A stretch of DNA of 26,480 nt from a virus (Duplodnaviria > Caudoviricetes). Both the position numbers and the translations under genes were made by a program. Where the stretch lies: positions 1 through 26,480 of IMG/VR virus record IMGVR_UViG_3300024986_000008; one strand, given 5' to 3'. The notes under the pieces were generated by a model that did not search any database, was not told the origin of the DNA, and saw nothing but the letters and a program-made list of their open reading frames with translations. Shown in pieces: positions 6,250 to 15,425 of this stretch (its first letter is position 1; the number at the start of each line of letters is the position of its first letter).

Positions 6250-9230
6250 GCGGACCCGTCCTCACCGCGGCGAGTTGGATCGCGTTCCTCTCCGGCGCGA
6301 CGGCGGCCGAGCGTGCCGCCGCTTGGGCGGCGTTCGATGTGGACACAATCGTGTTTCTCGACGCCTCTGGCTCCACGATCCGCACGATTGCCTGCGGTGC
6401 CTGGACGGTTGGCGCACTGCAGGGCGGGTACTACCCGGTCATCCCGGGCGACTACACCGATGCGGGAACTGGCGCCGGCGCCACGGCGACCGCCATCTTC
6501 AAGAACGGGGCCACTGAGCGGTTCCGCTGCACCTGCGGGACTGCGGCGGGTAACTTCTATCGCCTCTTGGCCGACCTGGTCGATGGCGTCCCGCTGCGGC
6601 GCGGCGGATTCTCGATCCTTGTTGGACCGCCGCCGAGCGCAGGCACGCAGCAGCCGGCTGTCGTCACGGCGCCCACGATCACCGGCATCGCGCGCGTCGG
6701 CGAACTGCTCACCGCGACACCTGGTGTCTACTCCGGCAACCCTGTGCCGTCGGTCTCGCGGCAGTGGTATCGATCCGGGGTCGCCATCAGCGGTGCCACG
6801 GGCCTGACCTACATGCAGGTGAGCGCGGACCTCGGCGCGCAGATCACCTACCGAGAGACCGCGACGAACGGCGCCGGAAGCGTGGTCGGCGTGAGCAACA
6901 CGCTGGGTCCGGTCGCCGCGCAGGCGCTGGGCTTCTACGGCGTGCCCGACGAGATCCCGCTGGCCAGGAACGGCACGCATGACCTCGCGCAGTATGTCGC
7001 CGGAGGTGTCCCGCCCTACAGCGGCTACGCGGTCGATGCCGGTTCGCTGCCCTCCGGGGTCACGCTGAGCGCCGCCGGCGTGCTGAGCGCCACCGGTGCG
7101 GCGACCGTTGCGACCTCGGGCGACATCACCTTCGGCGTCAACGATTCCGCTGTCGCCGCGTCTCTTCCGGTGCTCGGCCTGACCTCGGATACCGGTGGCT
7201 CGATCCCATTCACCGTCGGGCATGCGTTCCGCCAGGGCGATGTCCCTGCCGGATCGAGCGTGGTGAGTGCGGACGCGGCTTCTCTGCAATGCGTGCCCTG
7301 GAACCACTGGCCCGACGGCTCGATCAAGCAGGCGTGGCTCTGCGGCACGGCCGCGACCTCGGCCGGAGTGCGCAAGGACCTGCACCTGTCGGTCGGCGCC
7401 GCGGCGGGTGGTGCTGCGGTCTCGCTCGCCGCGCTGCGTGCCAAGCTCGCGGCGGGCTCGATCACGGTCGGCGCCTACGAGACCGTGGACCTGCCGACGC
7501 TGGTGGCCTCGGCACCCTTCGATCTCTTCGGCAACGGCACCGGCGTGATCTTCGCGGGTCCGGTGTGCTCGCATTGGATCTGGCGGCGTCGCATCGCAGG
7601 GACCCCGCACCTCGAGCTGTGGGTGCCGATCCGCATGTACGCCGGTGGGCAGCTCGAAATCTGCCGGCCCTGGCTTCAGAACGGGGACTTCCTCGTCGCG
7701 TCCCCGACGAGTTACACGCTCACGGTCACGATCTCGCTCGCCGGCACGCAGCGCTACAGCCAGTCGATGACGCTGTACCACCACACCGTGGTGCCGCTCG
7801 TGGTCGGACGCGCGAACGAGCACAGCTACTGGTACGACACCGACCCGAAGGTGCGGCCCAGCCACGATGTCGACTACCTGATGGCCTCCGGGCACGTCAT
7901 GAGATATCGCCATGTCGCGCCTGGCGACACCGTGCTCAACGCGTTGACGCGCGACTACACGCCGGGCTGGCGCGGCGACACGCTCTCCGGCATGGCGGCC
8001 CCGGGCGGCAATCCGCACATCGGCCCGATCCCGAAATGGCAGGCGATGTGGCTCGTCTCCGGTGGTGATGTCCGCGCCTTCGACAACGTGATCGCCAACG
8101 GCCTCTCAGCCGGAGCGCGATCGGCGCACTTCCGAGACGCCGGCGGCGCCGGCCAGAACACCGGCCGCTACATCGTGCAGTCCGCCTACCCGCAGGCGTC
8201 CTATGCGCCGCAGGGAACGCCCGTCTTCCCCGAGGGCAGCGGCAACCCGAATTCGATCGAGACCGCGCACCAGCCCGCGCTTGCCTACCTCCCGTGGCTG
8301 CTCACCGGAGACGTGTTCTTCCTCGAGGAGCAGATCGGCTGGGTGACCTGGAACTTCCTCTGGTACGGCTACGCGCTGCGCCGCCAGGCCGAGGGCTACT
8401 ACGAGATGTACGGCCGCGAGGTCAGGGGTTCGGCGTGGTCGCTGCGGTCCCTGGCCCACCTGCTGGGCTCCTGCCCGGAGACGCATGTCCTGCGCCCGGA
8501 GTGGATCGCCCAGGCGCAGTACAACATCGACCGGTTCCATGGGCAGTTGGTGACCAACACGATCGACGCCGGCAAGTTCCACAACGATCTCGGCGTCATC
8601 CACTACGCCTACCATCCCACCAACGGCTCTCCGCTGTCGAGCCCGTACACGGATCCCGCGCATGTCGGGCCGTCTCCGACGGGCTGGTACATGCCGCCCT
8701 GGATGGATGACTTCTGGGTGCTCGCGCTCAAGACCATGCGCGATCTCCAGTTGCCGGTTGCCTCAGCATCGCAGACCCGGCTCGGCGAGCTGATGCAGTA
8801 CGCCTGCAAGCTGCCGGTCGCGCTCGCCGGCGGAAACGACAGCGGATGGCCGCGCACCCGCATGGGGATGTACGTCTTCCCGGCGCGCGACACCTACGCC
8901 GGCGGCGGGAACTGGACGACCTCGTTCTCCGCGGCGTGGTCGATCTTCCGCGCCGATCTCTCGCAAGAGGATGTCACCCCGGCGCCCACCGACCCGATTC
9001 TCTTCTGGGACCCGTACTCAGTGCCGGCGCAGTTCCGGGCCGCCACGGCCTACGAGTGGGCCGACCTCGTGTGGCTGGCCTGCCATCTTGCCGCGCTCGC
9101 CGTGGCTGTCGAGGAGGGCGCCACGGGCGCGCTCGATGCGTGGAATGCGGTGACCGGTGCCCCGAACTTCTCCGCGGCCTCGATGGGCATGTATCCGGTC
9201 TGGGCGATCCTGCCGAGGACCCTGCCATGA
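6246..9230 (+). CDS. 994-aa multidomain protein: Ig-like + He_PIG-like + putative PcRGLX/YetA-like (polysaccharide lyase-like) domains
   Basis: PTITG.ARVGELLTAT.G.Y.....QWYR.G..I.GATG.TY....AD.G..IT (Ig-like). GGVPPY.....GSLP.GVTLS..GVLS (He_PIG). PFTVGHAFRQGDVP...WPDGSIK and AHQP..AYLPWLLTGD.FFLEE...RG.AWSLR (RIFT barrel/alpha-alpha toroid pattern). Confidence 0.7.
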   Translation: MSGPVLTAASWIAFLSGATAAERAAAWAAFDVDTIVFLDASGSTIRTIACGAWTVGALQGGYYPVIPGDYTDAGTGAGATATAIFKNGATERFRCTCGTAAGNFYRLLADLVDGVPLRRGGFSILVGPPPSAGTQQPAVVTAPTITGIARVGELLTATPGVYSGNPVPSVSRQWYRSGVAISGATGLTYMQVSADLGAQITYRETATNGAGSVVGVSNTLGPVAAQALGFYGVPDEIPLARNGTHDLAQYVAGGVPPYSGYAVDAGSLPSGVTLSAAGVLSATGAATVATSGDITFGVNDSAVAASLPVLGLTSDTGGSIPFTVGHAFRQGDVPAGSSVVSADAASLQCVPWNHWPDGSIKQAWLCGTAATSAGVRKDLHLSVGAAAGGAAVSLAALRAKLAAGSITVGAYETVDLPTLVASAPFDLFGNGTGVIFAGPVCSHWIWRRRIAGTPHLELWVPIRMYAGGQLEICRPWLQNGDFLVASPTSYTLTVTISLAGTQRYSQSMTLYHHTVVPLVVGRANEHSYWYDTDPKVRPSHDVDYLMASGHVMRYRHVAPGDTVLNALTRDYTPGWRGDTLSGMAAPGGNPHIGPIPKWQAMWLVSGGDVRAFDNVIANGLSAGARSAHFRDAGGAGQNTGRYIVQSAYPQASYAPQGTPVFPEGSGNPNSIETAHQPALAYLPWLLTGDVFFLEEQIGWVTWNFLWYGYALRRQAEGYYEMYGREVRGSAWSLRSLAHLLGSCPETHVLRPEWIAQAQYNIDRFHGQLVTNTIDAGKFHNDLGVIHYAYHPTNGSPLSSPYTDPAHVGPSPTGWYMPPWMDDFWVLALKTMRDLQLPVASASQTRLGELMQYACKLPVALAGGNDSGWPRTRMGMYVFPARDTYAGGGNWTTSFSAAWSIFRADLSQEDVTPAPTDPILFWDPYSVPAQFRAATAYEWADLVWLACHLAALAVAVEEGATGALDAWNAVTGAPNFSAASMGMYPVWAILPRTLP

Positions 9231-10402
9231 CGCGCGCGACGATCACCCGCAAGATCCGCGTCTACGACCCGACGGCCGGGCTCCCCGCGCCCGGGGCGGC
9301 TGCGCTGGTGGCTGCCGCGGAATCGTTCCAGTCCGTGCGGCCCGCCGGCATCACGGCGGACAACTGGCGGTACTCGATCTTCGGGTCCTATGGCTCGGGC
9401 TGCTTCAACCCGCACTACTCGGGGCGCGGTGCGTACGTGCTGGCCGGCACCGGAGGCCATTCGCATCCGGCCACGTTCGGAGCCATCGCGTTCGACTTCG
9501 ACACGATGCAATGGGCCTACCTGCCGGCAGCCAACGGCCCCGCGGATCGCAACGGCCCGGTCTCCGCTGCCGAGACGAGCGCCGATCCGTGGTGGGAGAT
9601 GACGGGCTATCCCGAGGTGCCAAGCCCGCCGCACCCATACCAGACGCAGGTCGTCATCCCGCCCTCGCTCGGCGGTGGTGCCAAGGGCTCGATGCTCTAC
9701 GTGCAGCGCGGCTCCGTCGATTCCGGGGGCGTGACCTCCGCGCCGGTGGCGCATGCGTTCGATCTCGCGTCACGGACCTGGGCGCGCCGAAGCGCGGCGA
9801 CGAACATGGGCACTGGTTACGAGAAGGCGGCGATCCATGATCCGGTGACGAATCGCTTCTACCTGCTGCCGCCCGATGCGCACTACCTCACCGCGCTCGC
9901 CTACCTCGACGGGGCGGACTGGACGCGCAAGACGACGGAGAGCTTCTCGGCTGGCATCAACCCCGCGAACATCGGCGACTTCATCAACCTCTTCATCCAC
10001 GCAGGGGGCGGAAAACGCATCCTCGTCGCGGTGACGAAGACCGCGATGAGCGGGATCGATCTCGCCAACATCTCCGACGGCTGGACGACGCTCACGCTCT
10101 CAGGGGCGCTACAGATCGACTCCAGCGCGCCGGTCTTCCACGCCGCCAAGGGCGTCTACTACCGGCGCTACGGGGGACAGACCGACCAGGTGCTCACCCG
10201 CATCACGCCGCCCGCCGGTAACCCGCTCACCGGCACCTGGGTGATCGACACCGTGACGCTCACCGGCGACGCGATCCCGCCGCACTACCCCTACACCTAC
10301 GTCAATTCGGCGACTTCGGCGTACCGCAACCTGATGTACATCCCGGCGCTGCAGATGCTCGCGTGGATCACCGCGGGCGGCGTCGCGATCTTGAACCCGT
10401 GA
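9227..10402 (+). CDS. Putative beta-propeller (kelch-like) protein (391 aa)
   Basis: ATG 9227 overlaps the upstream TGA, with GAGGA SD. Repeated blade-like motifs AFDFDTMQW, AFDLASRTW, HDPVTNRFY, IDL.....GW and a GGGH-like motif TGGHSH. Confidence 0.65.
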   Translation: MTRATITRKIRVYDPTAGLPAPGAAALVAAAESFQSVRPAGITADNWRYSIFGSYGSGCFNPHYSGRGAYVLAGTGGHSHPATFGAIAFDFDTMQWAYLPAANGPADRNGPVSAAETSADPWWEMTGYPEVPSPPHPYQTQVVIPPSLGGGAKGSMLYVQRGSVDSGGVTSAPVAHAFDLASRTWARRSAATNMGTGYEKAAIHDPVTNRFYLLPPDAHYLTALAYLDGADWTRKTTESFSAGINPANIGDFINLFIHAGGGKRILVAVTKTAMSGIDLANISDGWTTLTLSGALQIDSSAPVFHAAKGVYYRRYGGQTDQVLTRITPPAGNPLTGTWVIDTVTLTGDAIPPHYPYTYVNSATSAYRNLMYIPALQMLAWITAGGVAILNP

Positions 10403-10409
10403 GGACACC

Positions 10410-11723
10410 ATGGCCTACGCACTGAAAACCACGGGGCTTGCGACGCGGCTGATTTCGCTCGTCGTGGTGGACGAAGACGGCACCACCGTCGTCGATCTGA
10501 AGGGCTACGCCGTCACCAAGCACGCCAGTGCCGGGATCGGCGCGAAGAACTGGAAGGGTGTCTCCCGCAAGTACATCGACATCGGCGGCGTCGACTACAC
10601 GCCCTACGGGGTCACCTGGAGTTCGCCGCCGAGCTGCACGATGACCGACAGCGACGGCATGGCGGTGTTCATGGCGTTCGCAGGCGCCGGTTCAAGATTC
10701 CAAGCCGGAACCTTTCTCACGATCTCGAACAACCCCGACAATCAGGGGCTCCAATCCAGCGGCAGCGGCAAGGCCGCGATGGTGCAGGGAAGCGCGACCA
10801 ACAACATCGGCAGCACGACGCTCCCCGTCGACGGATCGACCTCGTTCTCGATCGGAACGAACTGGCGCAACAACGCGAACTGCCAGCATTTCTACGGCCT
10901 GGAGAGCGGCGCCATGGCCGCGGACTCCACAGCCGCAAACCCGGGGAATTGGGGTATCGCTGCGGCCGCGCTGCGCAACATCGGCGGCTCCAGTGGGCAG
11001 GGTCGCCAGCCCTGCAAACCTCACGTCAGCGCCGTCTTCGATCGCGAGTTGACGCTCGAGGAAATGCAGTCGCTGCACAACGACTGGTTCGGCGTGCTGA
11101 TCGACGCCGGGTCGCCGACGGTCACGCTCAGCCCGAAGCCGACGACGGTCGCCGTGGGCGGCACCCGCACGGAGACGGCGACCCGCAGTACTGCGGCGCC
11201 CTCCGGCGGGGTGACCTACAACCTGTCCAGCGACACCCCGGCCGTTGCCACGGTTCCGGCCACCGCGGTCATGACCGAGGGCCAGACCACCAAGACTTTC
11301 GACATCACTGGCGTCTCGATCGGGGATGCCGTGATCACGGCCACCAACGCCGCGGATAGCGGTGAGACGGACTCCGTGACGGTCACCGTCACCGCGGCCA
11401 CGGTGACTACCCTGCAGCTGCTCGCGCACGTCGATGCGGTCGGCGCCACCTCAGTCAAGGGCGCCGTTTTCGCGGCGCCGACCGGCGGCGCGCTCACCGG
11501 TGCGAAGATCGGGGAGTTCAGCGGACAGGCGTTCGACGGTACCGCTGTTGGCGGCCAGGCCCGTCTTCGTGTCGCGGTCTCGATTTTCGGCGGCGGCAGC
11601 CTCACGACGAGCGACACCCCGGTGCTGATCTGGACGGCCACCAGCGCCTCAGGCTCCGCGCTGGGCAACGGTGTCGGGATCGGTTCCGTCGGGCCGCAGG
11701 CCTGCACGGTGGTGGATGTGTGA
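10410..11723 (+). CDS. LamG/concanavalin-A-like lectin domain + bacterial Ig-like domain protein (437 aa)
   Basis: [22 protein letters not shown] is the typical LamG-like C-terminal motif. [12 protein letters not shown]...[11 protein letters not shown]...GVS.G.A.ITAT is Big_2-like. Confidence 0.7.
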   Translation: MAYALKTTGLATRLISLVVVDEDGTTVVDLKGYAVTKHASAGIGAKNWKGVSRKYIDIGGVDYTPYGVTWSSPPSCTMTDSDGMAVFMAFAGAGSRFQAGTFLTISNNPDNQGLQSSGSGKAAMVQGSATNNIGSTTLPVDGSTSFSIGTNWRNNANCQHFYGLESGAMAADSTAANPGNWGIAAAALRNIGGSSGQGRQPCKPHVSAVFDRELTLEEMQSLHNDWFGVLIDAGSPTVTLSPKPTTVAVGGTRTETATRSTAAPSGGVTYNLSSDTPAVATVPATAVMTEGQTTKTFDITGVSIGDAVITATNAADSGETDSVTVTVTAATVTTLQLLAHVDAVGATSVKGAVFAAPTGGALTGAKIGEFSGQAFDGTAVGGQARLRVAVSIFGGGSLTTSDTPVLIWTATSASGSALGNGVGIGSVGPQACTVVDV

Positions 11724-13078
11724 TGCAGAACGTCGCGCTGCTGACCCGCGACTCCGCGCCGAACGCCGCGCTGCTGGAACGCACGCCGGCAGCGGTTGCG
11801 CCAACGATCACCACCACCGCGCTGCCCGCAGGTGTGATCGGGGTCGCGTACTCGCAGACGCTGCAGCGCACCGGTACGGCGCCGATCACCTGGTCGATCC
11901 AGGTCGGCGCCCTGCCTGCGGGCCTGACCCTCAACGCCGCCACCGGGGTCATCAGCGGGGCGCCGACCGCTCCGGTGGCGGCCACGTTCACGGTTCGTGC
12001 CACCAACTCGGCTGGCAGCACCGACAAGGCGCTGGGCATCCTCGTCCCGAACGAGGGTTCCGGTGGCACCGCACCCGTCGTGACGACGGTCACGCTGGTG
12101 CCGGTCACCGCTGCCGTCGCCGCCGGTTCCACGACCGATCTGATCGTGGCGGTGGAAGATCAGGACGGCTCCCCGATCTCGGGCATTTCCGGCGCCGCGG
12201 AGACGACGTCACCTGTCAACGCGACAGCGCAATGGCTCGCCCCAGCGGATGACAGCGGTCAGGCAACGATCCGGGTCTCCGGCATCGCGCAGGGATCGGC
12301 CTCGATCAGGGCCGTGGTCGATGGCGTGCAGAGCAACTCCACCGCGGTCGCGATCACCGCGGGACCGGTCTCGCCCACGATCACCACCACCGCGCTGCCT
12401 GCCGGAACCGTAGGTGCGGCCTACAGCCAGACCCTCGCCGCCTCGGGAGATGCACCGATCACCTGGTCGATCCAGGCCGGCGCCCTGCCTGCGGGCCTGA
12501 CCCTCAACGCCAGCACCGGGGTCATCAGCGGGACGCCGACTGGCTCGGGCTCATTCGCGTTCACCGTGCGCGCCACCAACACAGCCGGATTCGCGCAACA
12601 GGCGCTGTCATTGTCGGTGACCGCGCTTTCCGGGGGCGCGATCGTCGATATCTCCGGGGTCGAGCAGTCGGCTCCATCTGGCCTTGTCGTGGGCGCCACC
12701 GCAGCGGCGCCGTCGTTCACCGAGTCGCAAGCGATCGCGCTCGCCGAACGAAACGAAGTCGTTCTCGTCATCGGCGATCCGCCGAAGGCGCAGGTGTTCG
12801 ATTTCCGCGGCGGCATCAGCGCCGGGGAGAACATCGACACGGTGTCGGTGACGGTGACGACTCCGGGCTTCGAAGGTCTCGATCCGGCACCGGAGAACTT
12901 CGCGCTGGGCCCGCCTGGAGTGGCCGGCGAGCTGGTGGTGCAGAACCTCTATCCGACGGTGGCCGGTGTCCGCTACCTCGTCCGCTGCGTCGTCAACACG
13001 AGCGCCGGCCAGCGGCTGATCCGTGAAGCGCACGTGAGGGTGCTGGAGAGATGGCGCACTGGCCGCAGGATCGTCTGA
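11723..13078 (+). CDS. He_PIG Ig-repeat protein with C-terminal fibre-adaptor-like domain (~451 aa)
   Basis: Two [18 protein letters not shown]...[27 protein letters not shown] repeats flank another Ig-like domain. C-terminus DP....FDF....GENI...G.RYLVRC...T.AG resembles phage fibre-attachment domains. Confidence 0.75.
   Translation: MQNVALLTRDSAPNAALLERTPAAVAPTITTTALPAGVIGVAYSQTLQRTGTAPITWSIQVGALPAGLTLNAATGVISGAPTAPVAATFTVRATNSAGSTDKALGILVPNEGSGGTAPVVTTVTLVPVTAAVAAGSTTDLIVAVEDQDGSPISGISGAAETTSPVNATAQWLAPADDSGQATIRVSGIAQGSASIRAVVDGVQSNSTAVAITAGPVSPTITTTALPAGTVGAAYSQTLAASGDAPITWSIQAGALPAGLTLNASTGVISGTPTGSGSFAFTVRATNTAGFAQQALSLSVTALSGGAIVDISGVEQSAPSGLVVGATAAAPSFTESQAIALAERNEVVLVIGDPPKAQVFDFRGGISAGENIDTVSVTVTTPGFEGLDPAPENFALGPPGVAGELVVQNLYPTVAGVRYLVRCVVNTSAGQRLIREAHVRVLERWRTGRRIV
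11882..12540 (+). repeat. Intragenic 86-bp direct repeat (11882-11967 and 12455-12540), 82/86 identical
   Basis: Aligned by eye, with mismatches t/c, gc/ag and g/a. Offset 573 nt (in frame). Encodes the He_PIG cores. Confidence 0.9.
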
Positions 13079-13587
13079 CCGCACTGCTGCCGCGGCAATG
13101 GGTGGCGTCATGGCGCGCGCTGAACGCTCGGTGCGAGCACAGGCGAGAAAAGCTGTTGCTCGCCGCGTTCAGCGCGCTGTGCTCGAGCGCGATGCTGCGT
13201 GCGATGGCCAGCATCGTGGCTACGATCGCGCCAACCGATAGTTGGGCCGCGGAACGCGCGCAGGAGGTCGTGAGCCTGGCCGGCTTGCATTTCTGGCTCT
13301 GCATGGGCTTCGCATCGGCCGGAGGAGTGGCGAGCCTATTCCACGATCTTCGCCGTAAACCGAGCCGCTTCTCGCTTGCCAATGCCGTCGGGCACATGTT
13401 CATTTCTCAGTTCGCCGGATTGCTCGCCTTCGTCGGTGTCGTCGGTGCGCAATGGGCGCTGCCCTGGGCGCTGGGCATCTGCGGGATTGCCGGATGGATG
13501 GGCGCGGCAGCGATCACGAAGGTCTCGGCGAAGGTCGAGCGCAAGATCGACGTCCTGTTCGGCGTGTCCAGCAGGGACGGTGAATGA
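13051..13587 (+). CDS. Holin (LydA-like); start uncertain (13051, 13192 or 13204)
   Basis: Several hydrophobic segments ([17 protein letters not shown]; [16 protein letters not shown]; [17 protein letters not shown]) and a charged C-terminus, directly upstream of the endolysin. Confidence 0.75.
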   Translation: MAHWPQDRLTALLPRQWVASWRALNARCEHRREKLLLAAFSALCSSAMLRAMASIVATIAPTDSWAAERAQEVVSLAGLHFWLCMGFASAGGVASLFHDLRRKPSRFSLANAVGHMFISQFAGLLAFVGVVGAQWALPWALGICGIAGWMGAAAITKVSAKVERKIDVLFGVSSRDGE

Positions 13588-14198
13588 TGGACGTCGATCT
13601 CCTGCGCGAAGTCTCCGGTTGCTCGGCGGGATCGGCCCGGCGCTTTGCCGGCCCGATCTCTGCGGCCATGGAGGAGTTCGGGATCGATTCCGCGCTTCGT
13701 CAAGCGCACTTCATCGCTCAGATCGCCCACGAATCGGCGCGCTTCACGCGGCTCGAGGAAAACCTCAACTACTCGTGGCAGCGGTTGATGGAGATCTGGC
13801 CGAAACGGTTCCCGAACGAATCCTTCGCGAGACAGTTCCACCGCCAGCCGCAGCGCATCGCCAATTGGGTGTACGCCGAGCGCATGGGGAACGGGCCCCC
13901 GTCCACCGGAGACGGCTGGCGGTATCGGGGCCGCGGCCTGCTGCAGATCACCGGCAAGCGCAACTACGCACGGTGCTCGGCCGCGCTCGGGATGGACCTG
14001 ATCTCGGATCCCGATCTCCTCCTCCTCGATGGCCCGGCTGCACGCTCGGCGGCATGGCACTGGTCCGACATCGGCGCCAATCGCATGGCCGACGAGAACG
14101 ACGTCGTTGCGATCACGAAGGCGATCAACGGCGGCCTCATCGGGATCGATGACCGCCGGCTCGCGGCGGTGCGTGCCATGAACGCGCTACTGGCGTGA
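13584..14198 (+). CDS. Glycoside hydrolase family 19 endolysin
   Basis: AHFIAQIAHES, EENLNYS, GDGWRYRGRGLLQITGK.NY and ITKAINGG are canonical GH19 phage lysin motifs. Confidence 0.93.
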   Translation: MMDVDLLREVSGCSAGSARRFAGPISAAMEEFGIDSALRQAHFIAQIAHESARFTRLEENLNYSWQRLMEIWPKRFPNESFARQFHRQPQRIANWVYAERMGNGPPSTGDGWRYRGRGLLQITGKRNYARCSAALGMDLISDPDLLLLDGPAARSAAWHWSDIGANRMADENDVVAITKAINGGLIGIDDRRLAAVRAMNALLA

Positions 14199-14214
14199 GA
14201 TGGAGGCCGCTGTA

Positions 14215-14292
14215 GTGAACGGCTTGCTGGATTGGCTGATCGACATCGTGGTCTGGTGTGCGATCAGGATCGGCCTGTGGGTGATCCTGTGA
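14215..14292 (+). CDS. Hydrophobic micro-peptide (25 aa; 30 aa from in-frame ATG 14200)
   Basis: GGAGG at 14202-14206, GTG at 14215, MNGLLDWLIDIVVWCAIRIGLWVIL*. Its TGA overlaps the GTG of the next gene. Below the ORF-track cutoff. Confidence 0.5.
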   Translation: MNGLLDWLIDIVVWCAIRIGLWVIL

Positions 14293-14780
14293 CGCGCACC
14301 ATTGCTGCCTGGCTGCTGGCCGCCGTGCTGGCCATCATCGTTTCCGCAAGCGGCTATGGCGGATATCGCCTGGCCTCCAACCGGTACGAGGCGAAGATCT
14401 TGGCCGATCGGCTCGCCGCCGAGCAGGCCGCGCGCACCGCGAGCGAGAAGGCCCGGGCAGAGGAAGAGCGAAGACACCGCGCACAGGAGAAAGTTGATGT
14501 CCAGTACCAGGAAGAGATGGAGCGCACGCGCCGCGTTGCCGCTGCTGCTCGCAGCGAGCTTGATCGGCTGCGCGCCGTGCTTGCCCAGCGCGAACGTGCC
14601 GCCGCCGAGCATGCCGAAACCGAAGGCAGACCTGATGACGCCGCCGCCGAGCGAGAAAGCCTCGGAGACTGCGCGCAGGAGTATCAGCAGGTGGCTGAAG
14701 AAGCTGACCGACTCGCCGACCAGGTGAGGGGCTTGCAGGGCTACGTGCGCGATGTCGTACGCCCGGAAGGCATGGACTGA
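14289..14780 (+). CDS. Rz-like inner-membrane spanin (DUF2514-like)
   Basis: N-terminal TM segment (IAAWLLAAVLAIIVSASGYGGY) followed by a long Ala/Glu/Arg coiled coil. Follows the endolysin. Confidence 0.8.
   Translation: MTRTIAAWLLAAVLAIIVSASGYGGYRLASNRYEAKILADRLAAEQAARTASEKARAEEERRHRAQEKVDVQYQEEMERTRRVAAAARSELDRLRAVLAQRERAAAEHAETEGRPDDAAAERESLGDCAQEYQQVAEEADRLADQVRGLQGYVRDVVRPEGMD
14497..14727 (+). CDS. Rz1-like outer-membrane lipoprotein spanin, embedded in the +1 frame of the i-spanin
   Basis: AGGAG SD at 14485-14489, ATG 14497. Signal peptide MSSTRKRWSARAALPLLLAASLIG|C with lipobox LIGC, then a Pro-rich region. Confidence 0.8.
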   Translation: MSSTRKRWSARAALPLLLAASLIGCAPCLPSANVPPPSMPKPKADLMTPPPSEKASETARRSISRWLKKLTDSPTR

Positions 14781-14783
14781 GCG

Positions 14784-15425
14784 ATGGCCAGGGACGGAAC
14801 GAACCGAGGTAGACCGAAGGGCAGCGGCCGATTCGACTGGACCCGGATCCGCTCGGACTACGAAACCGGCACCTTCTCGGTGCCGATGCTGGCCGAGAAG
14901 TACGGGGCCAGCCGCCAGGCGATCCACCGGCACATGGCGGAGGAGGGTTGGACGATCGGCAGCTCCTCGAAGGCCGTGGCCAACAGGACCCGCGAGAAGG
15001 TCATCTTCACCGACCCGAAGGTCGCCCGCGAGGATGCGATCGAAGCCGCGGCGACCGCCAACGCCAGGATCATCCGCGAGCACCAACGGGTGGCCGGACG
15101 CGGCCGCGACCTCGCGCTGCGGTTGTTGCAAGAGCTCGAGGAGACGACCGGCCACCTGCCGACGCTCGAGGAGTTGGTCGAGATCGCGACGACGGAAGAC
15201 AAGACCGGTCTGCGCGCCAAGCTGATCGCCCGGCTCGGCACCGGAAGCCGGGCGGTGGCGATGCGCGACATCGCGACGGCGGTGAAGACGTGGGTCGATG
15301 TCGAACGCACAGCGTTCAACCTGGACGGCGAAAAGGAAGACGACCTCGGGAAATGGACGGATGAGCGAATTGCAGCTCGACTCGCTGAGCTTCTTCGAAA
15401 GGCTGGAGCTGCTCCGGCTGCTTGA
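14784..15425 (+). CDS. terS: Terminase small subunit (putative)
   Basis: N-terminal HTH DW..IR.DYE.G..SV..LAEKYG.S..AI......EGW. Directly upstream of, and overlapping, the TerL ATPase ORF. Confidence 0.78.
   Translation: MARDGTNRGRPKGSGRFDWTRIRSDYETGTFSVPMLAEKYGASRQAIHRHMAEEGWTIGSSSKAVANRTREKVIFTDPKVAREDAIEAAATANARIIREHQRVAGRGRDLALRLLQELEETTGHLPTLEELVEIATTEDKTGLRAKLIARLGTGSRAVAMRDIATAVKTWVDVERTAFNLDGEKEDDLGKWTDERIAARLAELLRKAGAAPAA

Noticed and set aside
5547-8018. 823-aa minus-strand ORF
   Set aside because: Antisense shadow of well-supported + strand genes. Arg/Gly/Ala-rich with no motifs, as expected from high-GC codon bias.
11882-12540. Repeat pair as DGR template/variable repeats
   Set aside because: Mismatches are not confined to adenines, both copies lie in frame inside one gene, and no reverse transcriptase is in the window.
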